A stretch of DNA of 64,000 nt from an uncultured Pseudomonadales bacterium (GTDB lineage Bacteria; Patescibacteriota; Microgenomatia; UBA1400; UBA12028). The position numbers were made by a program, and so were the translations under genes. Shown here piece by piece: positions 55,355-64,000 of this stretch. Every line of letters starts with the position of its first letter. Position 1 is the stretch's first letter. Where the stretch lies: the NCBI GenBank assembly GCA_964509365.1, contig CAZDWN010000001.1, forward strand, positions 214,966-278,965, written 5' to 3'. Below the pieces are notes generated by a model that was given only the letters and a program-made list of their open reading frames with translations, ran no database searches and had not been told where the DNA came from.

Positions 55355-58057
55355 TTACAGTCCTTTTTTCTTGAGCCACATCCCGATGGAGTACATGGCG
55401 ATTGAGCCAATGCCTCCAAATGCGGTCGTGAATCCGGTCGCTGGCAATGTTCTTGGAGTTGTCGCTCCGAGGACTTGAGGTTTCCCTCTCCAGTTTCCAA
55501 AGACCATTAATTGGTTGTTATCGGTGGTGATATGGATAGTGACTTCAGTTGGTGTTGTCGCACTCCATCCATCCGCTGACTTTTCTCGAATACGGACTTG
55601 CGTGCCTTCTGGCAACGTCACGACTCCCCCTTCACCCAAATGGTTTTCAAAGGTCTCGTAGTCGTGCCAGTTGTTGTCACCATTACTGTCCCATTGGAAT
55701 TTCCAAGAAAGTCCTTTTTCGCTCGTATCTTGATGTCCGTTCCCGTTCTCATCAAAGTACTTGCGGATAAAGAAGCCTCCCATTTTTCGGGTGTCACAAC
55801 TGGTGCTATCCACATTTTGTGGAGCGCGGCAGTATTTGACTGAGCCATCTGCGTGACAGACATATCCACTCTGACAATCACTATCGACACTGCACGTTGC
55901 ATTACAGACTGCAGGAGTCGGGGTCGGAGTTGGCGAAGTGGATGGTGTTGGAGTCGGAGTCACTTTCTTATGATTTCCAAACTTGAGCACCGTTTGCACT
56001 CCGCTGCGGATTGTCGCTGATTGCGTTGCATCGGTCGTGGCTTCCCAGCCGTCTTGCATCACTTCAGATGCACTGACTTGGGTCCCATCTGGCAAGTTGA
56101 CGACGTCTCCACAGCCGCTGTCTGTTTTCCAAAATTCATACCAAGACTTCACCTTTGTCTGGTAGGAGGTGTCAGAGCCATTGTTGAGTTTGTAGACAAA
56201 TGACCAGACCAATCCAGCTTCTCCGTCATCTTGCGTCTTATTTGCATTGGTATCTTCATACTTACAGATGCGCAGTGATCCTTCTGGAGTTGGAGTCGCG
56301 GTTGGAGTTGGACTTGGTGATGGACTTGGAGTCACGGTTGGCGTCGGCGTGACCGTCGGTGTCGGACTTGGGGTCTGAGTTGCTGTCGGTGTCACCGTTG
56401 GCGTTGGGCTTGGGGTGACAGTTGGAGTTGGACTCGGACTAACAGTCGGTGTCGGGGTTGGGTTTGGAGTGAATGTGTTGAGGAACCAGAGCACTTTCAC
56501 TGCATCGACATTTGAAGTGTACATGTAGATCACATCATCAAACTTGACCCCATCGACATAGAGGCCAGTTTGTCGCCAGCCAGACTTCATATCTTCACCG
56601 ACAGAGATTGTCTTGTCAGTTGGGACATCGACGATTGCGCATCCTTGCGTGAAGATATTCCACCAGTGAGCGGTGACTACCTGCTCTGGATCCGTACCAA
56701 CTTGGTAGCGGAAGTCCCATGAGATTTGGTTTTCACCGTTATCGACGACACCATTTCCGTTGTCATCTTCGTATTTACAGATTTTCAGTTGCGTTGTTGG
56801 TGCCGGAGTCGCCGTCGGGGTTGGACTTGGAGTCGGTGTAGCCGTCGGCGTGACAGTCGGAGTTGGACTCGGAGTCACCGTTGGCGTTGGTGTCGGTGCC
56901 TGACAAGTGAGACTGGCTGGATTTTGGTCCAATCGGCAGTAGCCTACATAGCATCGCAGTCCTGCACTGCAGTCTGTGTCGACACTGCAAGCACTATTAC
57001 ATACGCCTGGCGTAGGAGTTGGTGTTGGGGTCGGAGTTGGAGTAACTGTCGGCGTTGGACTTGGTGTAGGTGTTGGCGTCGACGTCAAATACAAATATGA
57101 TTTAAAAAGAATCTTAATCGTTTTTGACTCTCCTGGCTGCACTGTTCCAATGTTCATTGGTGAAGAATACAGTTGATCAGGGATTGGACATCCACCTTGA
57201 GGATCAGCTGGGTTTGGTGTGCAGTCATACAGTCCAGTATCGCCAAACTTCTTTGAATATCCCGGTAATGCGTAAAGGTAATTTGAAGTTGAAGAATGTA
57301 CTGTCACGTCGTCAGTGACAGATGGACTATTATCAGAAGACAGCGTAACTGATGGATGAAGATCCAATGCTTTTTGATCAAGTCCAGGAAGTTGAGCGAG
57401 TACTTTGACATTTCGTGCAGGGTTTGAACCATTGTTGGTGATTGAAACTTGATATTCAATGATGTTCCCTGGCCGACCATTCACTTCTTCACTCTGCCAA
57501 CCAGTTGCAGTAGTTACGTTCGCAACTTTGACGAATTCTCCACCCCACAATGTTGTATCAGTGTTTGGAGAAATAACTTTCACTTGTGAATCGACAGCTG
57601 ACCAAGGGACATTATCTGCACCAACCTCAGCGCCGGATTTGATAATAGTTCCAACGGGAACTGTTGATTTTGCTTTCACTTTGAATCGCACATACACCAA
57701 CTGATTTGGCGTCAGCGTTCCCATATTAGTCGATGTAGTTACCCAAGCATCGATCACTGGAGTCGTCGTACCATTCTTTTCTTTCTCTCCACTCCCAGCC
57801 ACATATTCAACGTCCGTGGAAAGTGCTGGGCGTGCAAGAACATTGGTCAAACTCGCGCCAGTTCTATTTTGGATCTGGATTGTATACATGAATTCTTCAC
57901 CTGGCTTCACTTCAGTCTTGTCCATGCCCAAACCAAACCAAAGATCTGGTTGAGATACAGCCTTACTGACAACTTGAGAGAATCCAAGAATAAAGATTGC
58001 AAAGAATGCAAGCGCTAAAGCGAGGATTTTTTGTGAGGTTTTGGAGAAAAGGTTCAT
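55355..58057 (-). CDS. LPXTG-anchored surface protein with DUF11/CARDB-like and SdrD-B/Cna-B-like domains, Thr-Pro linkers and Cys-rich modules
   Basis: Signal peptide. Two DUF11-like repeats. TPTPTPSPTPTV linkers. Two approx. 35-aa Cys-rich modules (CNSACSVDTDCSAGLRCYVGYC...). Three SdrD-B-like repeats (KYEDDNGNGVVDNGE...). C-terminal LPATG + hydrophobic segment + KKKGL sorting signal. Confidence 0.8.
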   Translation of the reverse strand: MNLFSKTSQKILALALAFFAIFILGFSQVVSKAVSQPDLWFGLGMDKTEVKPGEEFMYTIQIQNRTGASLTNVLARPALSTDVEYVAGSGEKEKNGTTTPVIDAWVTTSTNMGTLTPNQLVYVRFKVKAKSTVPVGTIIKSGAEVGADNVPWSAVDSQVKVISPNTDTTLWGGEFVKVANVTTATGWQSEEVNGRPGNIIEYQVSITNNGSNPARNVKVLAQLPGLDQKALDLHPSVTLSSDNSPSVTDDVTVHSSTSNYLYALPGYSKKFGDTGLYDCTPNPADPQGGCPIPDQLYSSPMNIGTVQPGESKTIKILFKSYLYLTSTPTPTPSPTPTVTPTPTPTPTPTPGVCNSACSVDTDCSAGLRCYVGYCRLDQNPASLTCQAPTPTPTVTPSPTPTVTPTATPTPSPTPTATPAPTTQLKICKYEDDNGNGVVDNGENQISWDFRYQVGTDPEQVVTAHWWNIFTQGCAIVDVPTDKTISVGEDMKSGWRQTGLYVDGVKFDDVIYMYTSNVDAVKVLWFLNTFTPNPTPTPTVSPSPTPTVTPSPTPTVTPTATQTPSPTPTVTPTPTVTPSPSPSPTPTATPTPEGSLRICKYEDTNANKTQDDGEAGLVWSFVYKLNNGSDTSYQTKVKSWYEFWKTDSGCGDVVNLPDGTQVSASEVMQDGWEATTDATQSATIRSGVQTVLKFGNHKKVTPTPTPSTSPTPTPTPAVCNATCSVDSDCQSGYVCHADGSVKYCRAPQNVDSTSCDTRKMGGFFIRKYFDENGNGHQDTSEKGLSWKFQWDSNGDNNWHDYETFENHLGEGGVVTLPEGTQVRIREKSADGWSATTPTEVTIHITTDNNQLMVFGNWRGKPQVLGATTPRTLPATGFTTAFGGIGSIAMYSIGMWLKKKGL

Positions 58058-59919
58058 ATTATGTTTGGATTATATACATCTGCCGTTGGTGCGGCTGACG
58101 GTTCTACTGGAGGTGCTGAAAGAGTGGACTCACTGCCGTTAGTTGCCAAAGTCGGAGCAACTGTTGGTTGAGGTACAGCTGTCGCATCAATGTTTGGCGT
58201 TGGCGTAGGATGATTTTGATTATTATTTTCTACATCAGTCGAACTTGGCTCGACTGTTGGCTGTTCTGTGACTGGAGTCTCGCCTGGTGAAGGAGTATCC
58301 ACAATCACTTGTCCCGGAGCCACAATTTCTGGTTGCGGTTGTGGTGTTGGAGTATAAACAGCTTCAGCACCTACCCCACAGTTCCATGGAATTTTTACTA
58401 CTTCCATTGGCTCTGTTGGTTTTGGAGAATTTTCAAAAAATTTTGGGATACCGTCCTGACCTCGGTCTCGAAGTGCAATGCTGAGACCTTGGACTTGTAC
58501 TGCGACATCTTCAGCAGTGAGTAGTCCGTCTTTGATTGCCTCAAAGTCTAATACTGTGAACGCACTGTATTCATGATTTCCGTCATGAGTACCGTACAGC
58601 TCTTCACTTACTCGAGCTGATCCGTCTGCATTTTTTGGAAATTTGACAGGCACTCGCAGTGCCATTAAAGGCTTCTGGAATTCCGGCTCATCGAGTTGCT
58701 TTGCTGGAGGTTTTTGAATCTCGCAAGTCTCGACGGGAAGCGGCATTCGAACGATTTCTTTCATTGTTGTATTGCCATCCTCGACTGTTTCTGCAGAGAT
58801 TCCAAAATCTGAGGATTTTGAGAATTCAAACTGTCGACCAAGATCCATCATCGCCAGTTCCTTGGCCATGTTCCACAGTTCTTCTTCAGACATACTGTGA
58901 GCTGAATCAGCGACTTTCAGAGCGGAAACATAGACCAACAGTTTTGAAGCTGCTAGTTCTTGATACCCATTGAGTTCGACAAATTCAGAGCGAAGTAAAC
59001 CATCTTTGGATTCTTCGAAAATTGCTGGAACAGTTCCAGCCTTATTTGAAAATAACTCAGCATCTTTAAAGACAACATCTCCGTTCAGTTGTTTCGATGC
59101 GAAACTAGAAAATGGTTCAATTCCCTCACGAGCAAGTGCTTCTTTTCTCGTGTCAATGATCTGATTAAAGCCAAGTCGTGCAGTTTCTGGAGTAAATGGA
59201 TTGAATTCCGAATTATTCAGACCCAGGTTGACTGGATCTTTTTGATCTTCATTTGAGAGCATGACCATTTCGAGGAGTGGAGAACCATCAAGTATTGTCT
59301 TGACAATCTCACTTGTATTTTCAGGTGCGACATGCGCGGCCGTTTCGTTGGCGATGCCTTGAATTTTCTCCAAGTTCTTGTACATGTCACTGGTGACGAA
59401 AAATCCTCCGAGGCCATGTAAAGAATCGGTCTCATCTTTTTGTACATCAATTCCGAACTTCAAGTACATGTAAGATTTGATTTCATTCTTTGACAATAAT
59501 TCACTGGGAGTAGGAGTCTCGAGATTCACCTCTCCGGTTGGAGTAGGTCGAGGTGTCTCAGTTGACGTAGCAGTTGCAGTGGATGTTGCAGGAATTTCAG
59601 TATTGGTTGATTTTTGAGCGTCTGAAGCCGCAGGTGCGAGTGGAGTTAGTGTCGAGAACTGATCTTCAAGTGCAGTTTGTGTTGCTTCTATCGCAGCCCA
59701 TTTCGTGGCAATGTCCGCGTTGGATTCAGAAGGAGATTTGAGCTTCATTTCAGGGGTCTGAGTCGGAGGCAAAGTGAGCGTGACGCTGTCTTTGACGGAT
59801 CTGAAGATTTGAGCATCTGACTTCTGCTCACCCGCCGCTTGAAAACAAGCAGCAGTTCCGAGTGCTGTTGCTGCCAGACCGACATACAATGCTGTCTTTT
59901 CTTTTGACATTCCACTCAT
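58054..59919 (-). CDS. secreted hypothetical protein with Pro/Thr-rich C-terminal tail
   Basis: Start set at the Met preceded by GGAGA (MSGMSKEKTALYVGLAATALGTAAC..., 18 nt inside the longer ORF). N-terminal signal/possible lipobox-like Cys. ATGA overlap with the LPXTG gene. Confidence 0.5.
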   Translation of the reverse strand: MSGMSKEKTALYVGLAATALGTAACFQAAGEQKSDAQIFRSVKDSVTLTLPPTQTPEMKLKSPSESNADIATKWAAIEATQTALEDQFSTLTPLAPAASDAQKSTNTEIPATSTATATSTETPRPTPTGEVNLETPTPSELLSKNEIKSYMYLKFGIDVQKDETDSLHGLGGFFVTSDMYKNLEKIQGIANETAAHVAPENTSEIVKTILDGSPLLEMVMLSNEDQKDPVNLGLNNSEFNPFTPETARLGFNQIIDTRKEALAREGIEPFSSFASKQLNGDVVFKDAELFSNKAGTVPAIFEESKDGLLRSEFVELNGYQELAASKLLVYVSALKVADSAHSMSEEELWNMAKELAMMDLGRQFEFSKSSDFGISAETVEDGNTTMKEIVRMPLPVETCEIQKPPAKQLDEPEFQKPLMALRVPVKFPKNADGSARVSEELYGTHDGNHEYSAFTVLDFEAIKDGLLTAEDVAVQVQGLSIALRDRGQDGIPKFFENSPKPTEPMEVVKIPWNCGVGAEAVYTPTPQPQPEIVAPGQVIVDTPSPGETPVTEQPTVEPSSTDVENNNQNHPTPTPNIDATAVPQPTVAPTLATNGSESTLSAPPVEPSAAPTADVYNPNII

Positions 59920-60026
59920 AGTATCTCCTTCATCCATCTATCTGACCAAGATGTGGCAGTAGTGTAAGAGGACTGAAGTAAACGTGTAATTTACTCAAGT
60001 CATCCGTTGTTTGTACAGTACTTCCC

Positions 60027-60043
60027 TTGACAAAGGTTGTCAA
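60027..60043. promoter_or_regulatory. perfect palindrome TTGACAAAGGTTGTCAA (candidate -35 element and operator) upstream of the sortase operon
   Basis: A 7-3-7 inverted repeat with TTGACA in both orientations. On the minus strand, TTGACA + 17 nt + TACTGT precedes the 59919 start by about 80 nt. Confidence 0.3.
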
Positions 60044-60361
60044 AGTTGATAGTTTGATACACGAGAAGCCCGGCCTTAGGTTTTACTTTAAGGTTAGGAT
60101 TCTTACATATAAAGCATTGCTACACGTGTCTTTCCAAGGTCAGCGGTAGTAATGCTTTTTTTTGATCTCCAGATAGTATAACTTTTTTGAGTCTCCTGTC
60201 AAGCCTATATTTATTTATCTCCTCTGGTATTGCCGTCCCGTAGTAATACTTTTACAACCTTTATTGGCGGAAATCAAGAGGTTATCCACAGGCACTGTTG
60301 AGCTCCAAAGGAATCGGGATAAACTGTGTTCAGCTGTGGAAAAGGAATGTGTGCAACGAAC

Positions 60362-61750
60362 CTACTTTGAAGATGATGTGGAAATCACGTCTTTGACCAT
60401 CCGAGCAGTACTCGCGGAGATTATAGAAGTAAAGCCAAGGCGCTTGCTTTCTTTGATTCGCTTCTCTAAGAGCTTCACTTTTCGTATCTCCCCCAAGAGT
60501 CCGACCTCACCGACATAGACGATGCCCTTCCCTACTGCTTTGTTGTGGTAGGAGGACGCGATAGCGACTGCGATACCGAGATCCGCGGCTGGCTCATTGA
60601 TCGTCATCCCACCTGCGACGTTGACAAAGATATCACACTCACCCAACGGTAGGCGACAAAACTTCTCCAGTACGGCACCGATCACTTGCAGCTTGGGTAC
60701 AGGGATTCCTCTGGCGACTCTCCTGGGGACTGGTAACTCACTGCGGACGACGAGAGCTTGGACTTCAATGAGGATGGGTCGTGTGCCTTCGACGATGGAG
60801 ACGAGTGCACTTCCAGCTGCACCTTCGACTCGTTCCTCCAAGAAACTAGCCGACGGATTCGTCACTTCTTCCAAACCATTATCAGTATGGACGAATATAC
60901 CGACCTCGTCAGTTGCCCCAAATCGGTTTTTTATCGCTCGCAAGATACGATATTGACCAGTTCGTTCGCCTGACAACTCCAAGACACTATCCACCATATG
61001 TTCGAGGACTTTCGGTCCGGCGATCGTCCCCTCTTTCGTGACATGACCCACGAGAAAGATCGGGATATTCGTTTGTTTGGCACATCGAGTCAGCCGATCA
61101 GTACTTTCCTTCAGTTGTCCGATCGACCCAGTCGCACCGGAAAGATCGTTGGTCGAGAGTGTTTGGATACTATCGACGATGACGAGCGTCGGTTTCTCTC
61201 GCTCGATCGTCGCAGTGATCTCATCGACGTCCGTGCTCGTCAAAAACAACAGATTTTCTTTCCACCCCTCTGCATTTCCCCCCTTACCAAGGGGAGATGT
61301 TAGGGGGTCCTGCATTCGTTGGACTCTGAGAGAGATCTGTTCCGGACTCTCCTCGCCAGCGATATAGAGCACAGACTGTTTATCTTCTCTATTCAACACA
61401 TTTAATGTCAAATGAGTAAGGAGGGTAGACTTACCGATGCCTGGTTCCCCGCCAATAAGTACTACCGAACCAAACACGATACCGCCACCCAAGACGCGAT
61501 CGAATTCTTCCATTCCCGTGCTTATACGGTTCAAATTTGCATCGTACTCTTTGACATCGCTGAACCGAAGAATTGACGCTGATTGTGAGGTATTATTTTT
61601 GGTCCGCCCGCTGGCGGATTGAATTTTGGTATTTTGCTTTGCCGTCTCTTCAAACGAGTTCCACGTGCCACATTCAGGACACTGCCCGAGCCACTTGGGT
61701 GATTCATACGCGCAGTTTTGACAGATAAAGACTGAGGAGCTTTTAGCCAT
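60362..61750 (-). CDS. radA: DNA repair protein RadA/Sms
   Basis: N-terminal C4 zinc finger (CQNCAYESPKWLGQCPECGTW), Walker A GGEPGIGKSTLL, KNRFG motif and a Lon-protease-like C-terminal domain. Confidence 0.9.
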   Translation of the reverse strand: MAKSSSVFICQNCAYESPKWLGQCPECGTWNSFEETAKQNTKIQSASGRTKNNTSQSASILRFSDVKEYDANLNRISTGMEEFDRVLGGGIVFGSVVLIGGEPGIGKSTLLTHLTLNVLNREDKQSVLYIAGEESPEQISLRVQRMQDPLTSPLGKGGNAEGWKENLLFLTSTDVDEITATIEREKPTLVIVDSIQTLSTNDLSGATGSIGQLKESTDRLTRCAKQTNIPIFLVGHVTKEGTIAGPKVLEHMVDSVLELSGERTGQYRILRAIKNRFGATDEVGIFVHTDNGLEEVTNPSASFLEERVEGAAGSALVSIVEGTRPILIEVQALVVRSELPVPRRVARGIPVPKLQVIGAVLEKFCRLPLGECDIFVNVAGGMTINEPAADLGIAVAIASSYHNKAVGKGIVYVGEVGLLGEIRKVKLLEKRIKESKRLGFTSIISASTARMVKDVISTSSSK

Positions 61751-61795
61751 ACTGGCATCCTACCTTGTGAGGAAAATGAATGAAAGGGGAGGAAC

Positions 61796-63607
61796 TTATC
61801 CCACCAAATCAAATTTTTTGAGTTTCTCGGATTTCTTCTCTTTATCTCCAGGAGCTTTGAGCAGCTGGGATTGGAGCTCTACCAAGCCGCGATACAAGCC
61901 ATCTGTCTTCTTGAGAAGCTCAGCGCTGGTCCCCTGCTCGGCGACTTTGCCCCCAGAGAGCACGAGGATATGGTCAGCATTGGAGATCGTACTGAGGCGG
62001 TGTGCGATTATGATCGACGTACGTCCATGGAGCAGTCGTTCCAATCCTTTTTGTACTTCTAGTTCTGATTTGCTATCGAGGGCTGATGTGGCTTCATCGA
62101 GGATGATGATTGGTGCATTCGTCAGCATGGCTCTGGCGATCGCAATCCGCTGCTTTTGGCCACCTGAGAGCTTCACTCCACGTTCTCCAGTCACACTATC
62201 GTATCCATCTGGGAGGGCCAGGATAAACTCGTGAGCATTTGCCCCTTTTGCGGCAGCGACTACATCTGCTCTACTCGCATCCGGTCGACCATAGCGAATG
62301 TTATCGATAATGGTCCCTGAGAAAAGTAACGATTCCTGAAAGACAACTGCGATATTTTTGTGAAGTGAGTCCTCAGTGAGACCATTAATATCTTGATCGT
62401 TGATTCGAATGTGACCAGATTTTGGTTCATAGAAGCGCAACAGGAGATTGACGATAGTCGATTTCCCTTGCCCAGACTCGCCAACAAGTGCGAGTTTATT
62501 TCCTTCGCGAATATGAAAGGAGATATTGTGAAGGACATTTTTCTCTTCATATCCAAACGAGACATCGTCAAATTCGATAATCTTGGCCGCGTCAGTTTTC
62601 TTCATATCAAGTGCTTGCGCTCCTGGTGTATCGGTGATGAGCGTTTTGGTGGCCAACACCTCAAAGAAATCTTTCGATCCACTACTTGCCTGTTGGATTT
62701 GACCCAAGATAAATGACATTGCAAACAATGGGAAGCGAGCTTGGTTGACGAGTTGGATGAGCAGAGTCATCTCCCCGATCGTGTAGCGTCCATTAAACGT
62801 CCAATACACGATATATGCGATGATTCCGAATAAAACGATATTGAGCATCAGACGTCTGGCAAAATCATATCCGTGCCAAATGCGAGTTTTGTCCTTTGCC
62901 AGTTTCTGGACGTCGTTTCTCGCCATGAGAAACGAGCTGAGCTCTTGCGCGCCACCAGTAAACGCTTTGACGACACGGATCCCAACAAGCGCTTCAAAGA
63001 CACGCCCCTGAGCGGTATCCTTGATTGCATTTTCCTTCGCTGAGTATTCCCCCCAGACAATCGTCGAGCGATGGGAGATGAGAATATAGAGAGGAAATAA
63101 CGAAGCGAGCAGGAGTGCGATGATCGGAGAGTAGAAAGCGAGCAATACGATCGTCACAAATGCCGTCAAGAAAAATGGCAAGAAGTTGTTGAGCATGTTT
63201 TGGATAAAGTCAGTGATGCTTTGAATGCCGCGAGTCATCTTGTTGGTAATTTTTCCAGTGATCTCATTGTCAAAATAGCCGATGTGAAGTGACAAGACGT
63301 GTTTGTAAAAACTCGAGCTTAAATGTGTTTGCAGTTTTTCACCCAACTGGTCACCAATCCACTGCCCGTACGCCGTGAGCGTCGTACTGAGCACATCACT
63401 GAGGATGATAGCTCCCAAGAGCCAAAAAATGATTTGAATGTCCTGAGGGACGCCTGCAAAATGAGCGACGATGACGTCCACAATCTGCTTAAACAATAGC
63501 GGTGATGCCAATGACAGGAGTGAGGTCGATATGACAAAGAAAGCCATGAAAGCGTACAACTTCCAGAATTTCTTCGTAAACTTGAGGATTTCAAAAATTG
63601 GAGACAT
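61796..63607 (-). CDS. ABC exporter, fused permease + ATPase (MsbA/lipid-A-type family)
   Basis: 603 aa. 6-TM N-terminal domain. NBD with Walker A GESGQGKST, signature LSGGQKQRIAIARAM and Walker B IIILDEATSALD. Confidence 0.85.
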   Translation of the reverse strand: MSPIFEILKFTKKFWKLYAFMAFFVISTSLLSLASPLLFKQIVDVIVAHFAGVPQDIQIIFWLLGAIILSDVLSTTLTAYGQWIGDQLGEKLQTHLSSSFYKHVLSLHIGYFDNEITGKITNKMTRGIQSITDFIQNMLNNFLPFFLTAFVTIVLLAFYSPIIALLLASLFPLYILISHRSTIVWGEYSAKENAIKDTAQGRVFEALVGIRVVKAFTGGAQELSSFLMARNDVQKLAKDKTRIWHGYDFARRLMLNIVLFGIIAYIVYWTFNGRYTIGEMTLLIQLVNQARFPLFAMSFILGQIQQASSGSKDFFEVLATKTLITDTPGAQALDMKKTDAAKIIEFDDVSFGYEEKNVLHNISFHIREGNKLALVGESGQGKSTIVNLLLRFYEPKSGHIRINDQDINGLTEDSLHKNIAVVFQESLLFSGTIIDNIRYGRPDASRADVVAAAKGANAHEFILALPDGYDSVTGERGVKLSGGQKQRIAIARAMLTNAPIIILDEATSALDSKSELEVQKGLERLLHGRTSIIIAHRLSTISNADHILVLSGGKVAEQGTSAELLKKTDGLYRGLVELQSQLLKAPGDKEKKSEKLKKFDLVG

Positions 63608-63656
63608 ATGAAAGTGATAAACTACACATATTCTATCAAACTAATGGAGATCTCAT

Positions 63657-64000
63657 ATGGCAAATCCTGAACAAACGGTATTGATCATTGACGATGCTCC
63701 TGACTATAGCATCATGATTCGGACGGTTTTGCGACAAAACTTTCCAGAAGCTAAAATTCTCAAAGCAGACGGTACAAAGAGTGCAGTGACTCAGCTTGAG
63801 CCACTATCCGATAAAGGAGCTGTTCGTTTAATCATTGACGGGCTTGAGGGGGAATGGAAAGCGATGGTCGAGCGTGCCTTGTCCTTAGGAATTTCCAAAG
63901 AAAATATGATCATCTTTAGCTCTGCTCCTGAAATTCAAAAAGAGGCAGAAGCACTGGGAATAGAATTTAAATTAAAACCAGACAGCCCTGAGTTGGAATC
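63657..64000 (+). CDS. receiver-domain protein (response-regulator-like), C-terminally truncated by window edge
   Basis: ATG at 63657. VLIIDDAPDY...RLIIDG pattern of a CheY-like receiver. It runs off the window. Confidence 0.55.
   Translation, partial: MANPEQTVLIIDDAPDYSIMIRTVLRQNFPEAKILKADGTKSAVTQLEPLSDKGAVRLIIDGLEGEWKAMVERALSLGISKENMIIFSSAPEIQKEAEALGIEFKLKPDSPELE

Noticed and set aside
56280-57100. CRISPR-like regular spacing in the Thr-Pro coding repeats
   Set aside because: The repeats are in-frame codon periodicities inside a CDS with no conserved 24-40-nt direct repeat/spacer structure. No cas genes are present.
60264-60518. 84-aa plus-strand ORF overlapping the 3' end of radA and the sortase-operon promoter region
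   Set aside because: No motif, overlaps a well-supported gene on the opposite strand, and the region is better explained as promoter/5'-UTR.

Overview
This 64-kb window looks like it comes from a small-genome, monoderm-type (sortase/LPXTG-bearing) uncultivated bacterium. Taxonomy cannot be fixed from sequence alone. Genes are tightly packed, with several ATGA stop/start overlaps. Housekeeping genes sit at both ends: gpmI on the left; dgkA-like, two tRNA-Ala, obg, rho, radA and an MsbA-like ABC exporter on the right. Between them is a ~40-kb cell-surface locus with four parts. (i) A 16.4-kb gene encoding a 5,482-aa Thr/Gly/Ser/Asn-rich, internally repetitive giant surface protein; its N-terminus is an excisionase/MerR-type HTH followed by one TM helix. 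(ii) A four-gene polyprenol-phosphate-sugar-type glycosylation module: two paralogous polytopic GT-C-like membrane glycosyltransferases with a C-terminal motif resembling the WWDYG motif of STT3/AglB/PglB, a sugar C-methyltransferase-family enzyme, and a Dpm1-like GT2. (iii) Three tandem paralogous secreted proteins (DUF2341 plus multiple LamG/concanavalin-like domains; 2,035, 1,514 and 1,548 aa) separated by 1-nt spacers, each ending in a conserved NFGPxxGxP tail. (iv) An O-antigen-ligase (Wzy_C; WaaL/PglL family) membrane protein with a TPR tail. Further right are a CheY-like response regulator, an AdoMetDC-like protein, an EamA transporter coupled to a DUF2156-like protein, a membrane protein followed by a cytoplasmic GAF histidine kinase, a LysM-M23 peptidase, Rho, and a sortase operon (secreted protein, then an LPXTG DUF11/Cna-B surface protein, then a sortase with a long N-terminal extension). 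I recognised no CRISPR array, transposase, integrase or nuclease-based defence genes. The best candidate for an undescribed system is the giant N-x-S/T-rich surface protein together with the Agl/Pgl-like glycosylation module, the LamG triad and the PglL/WaaL-family ligase.
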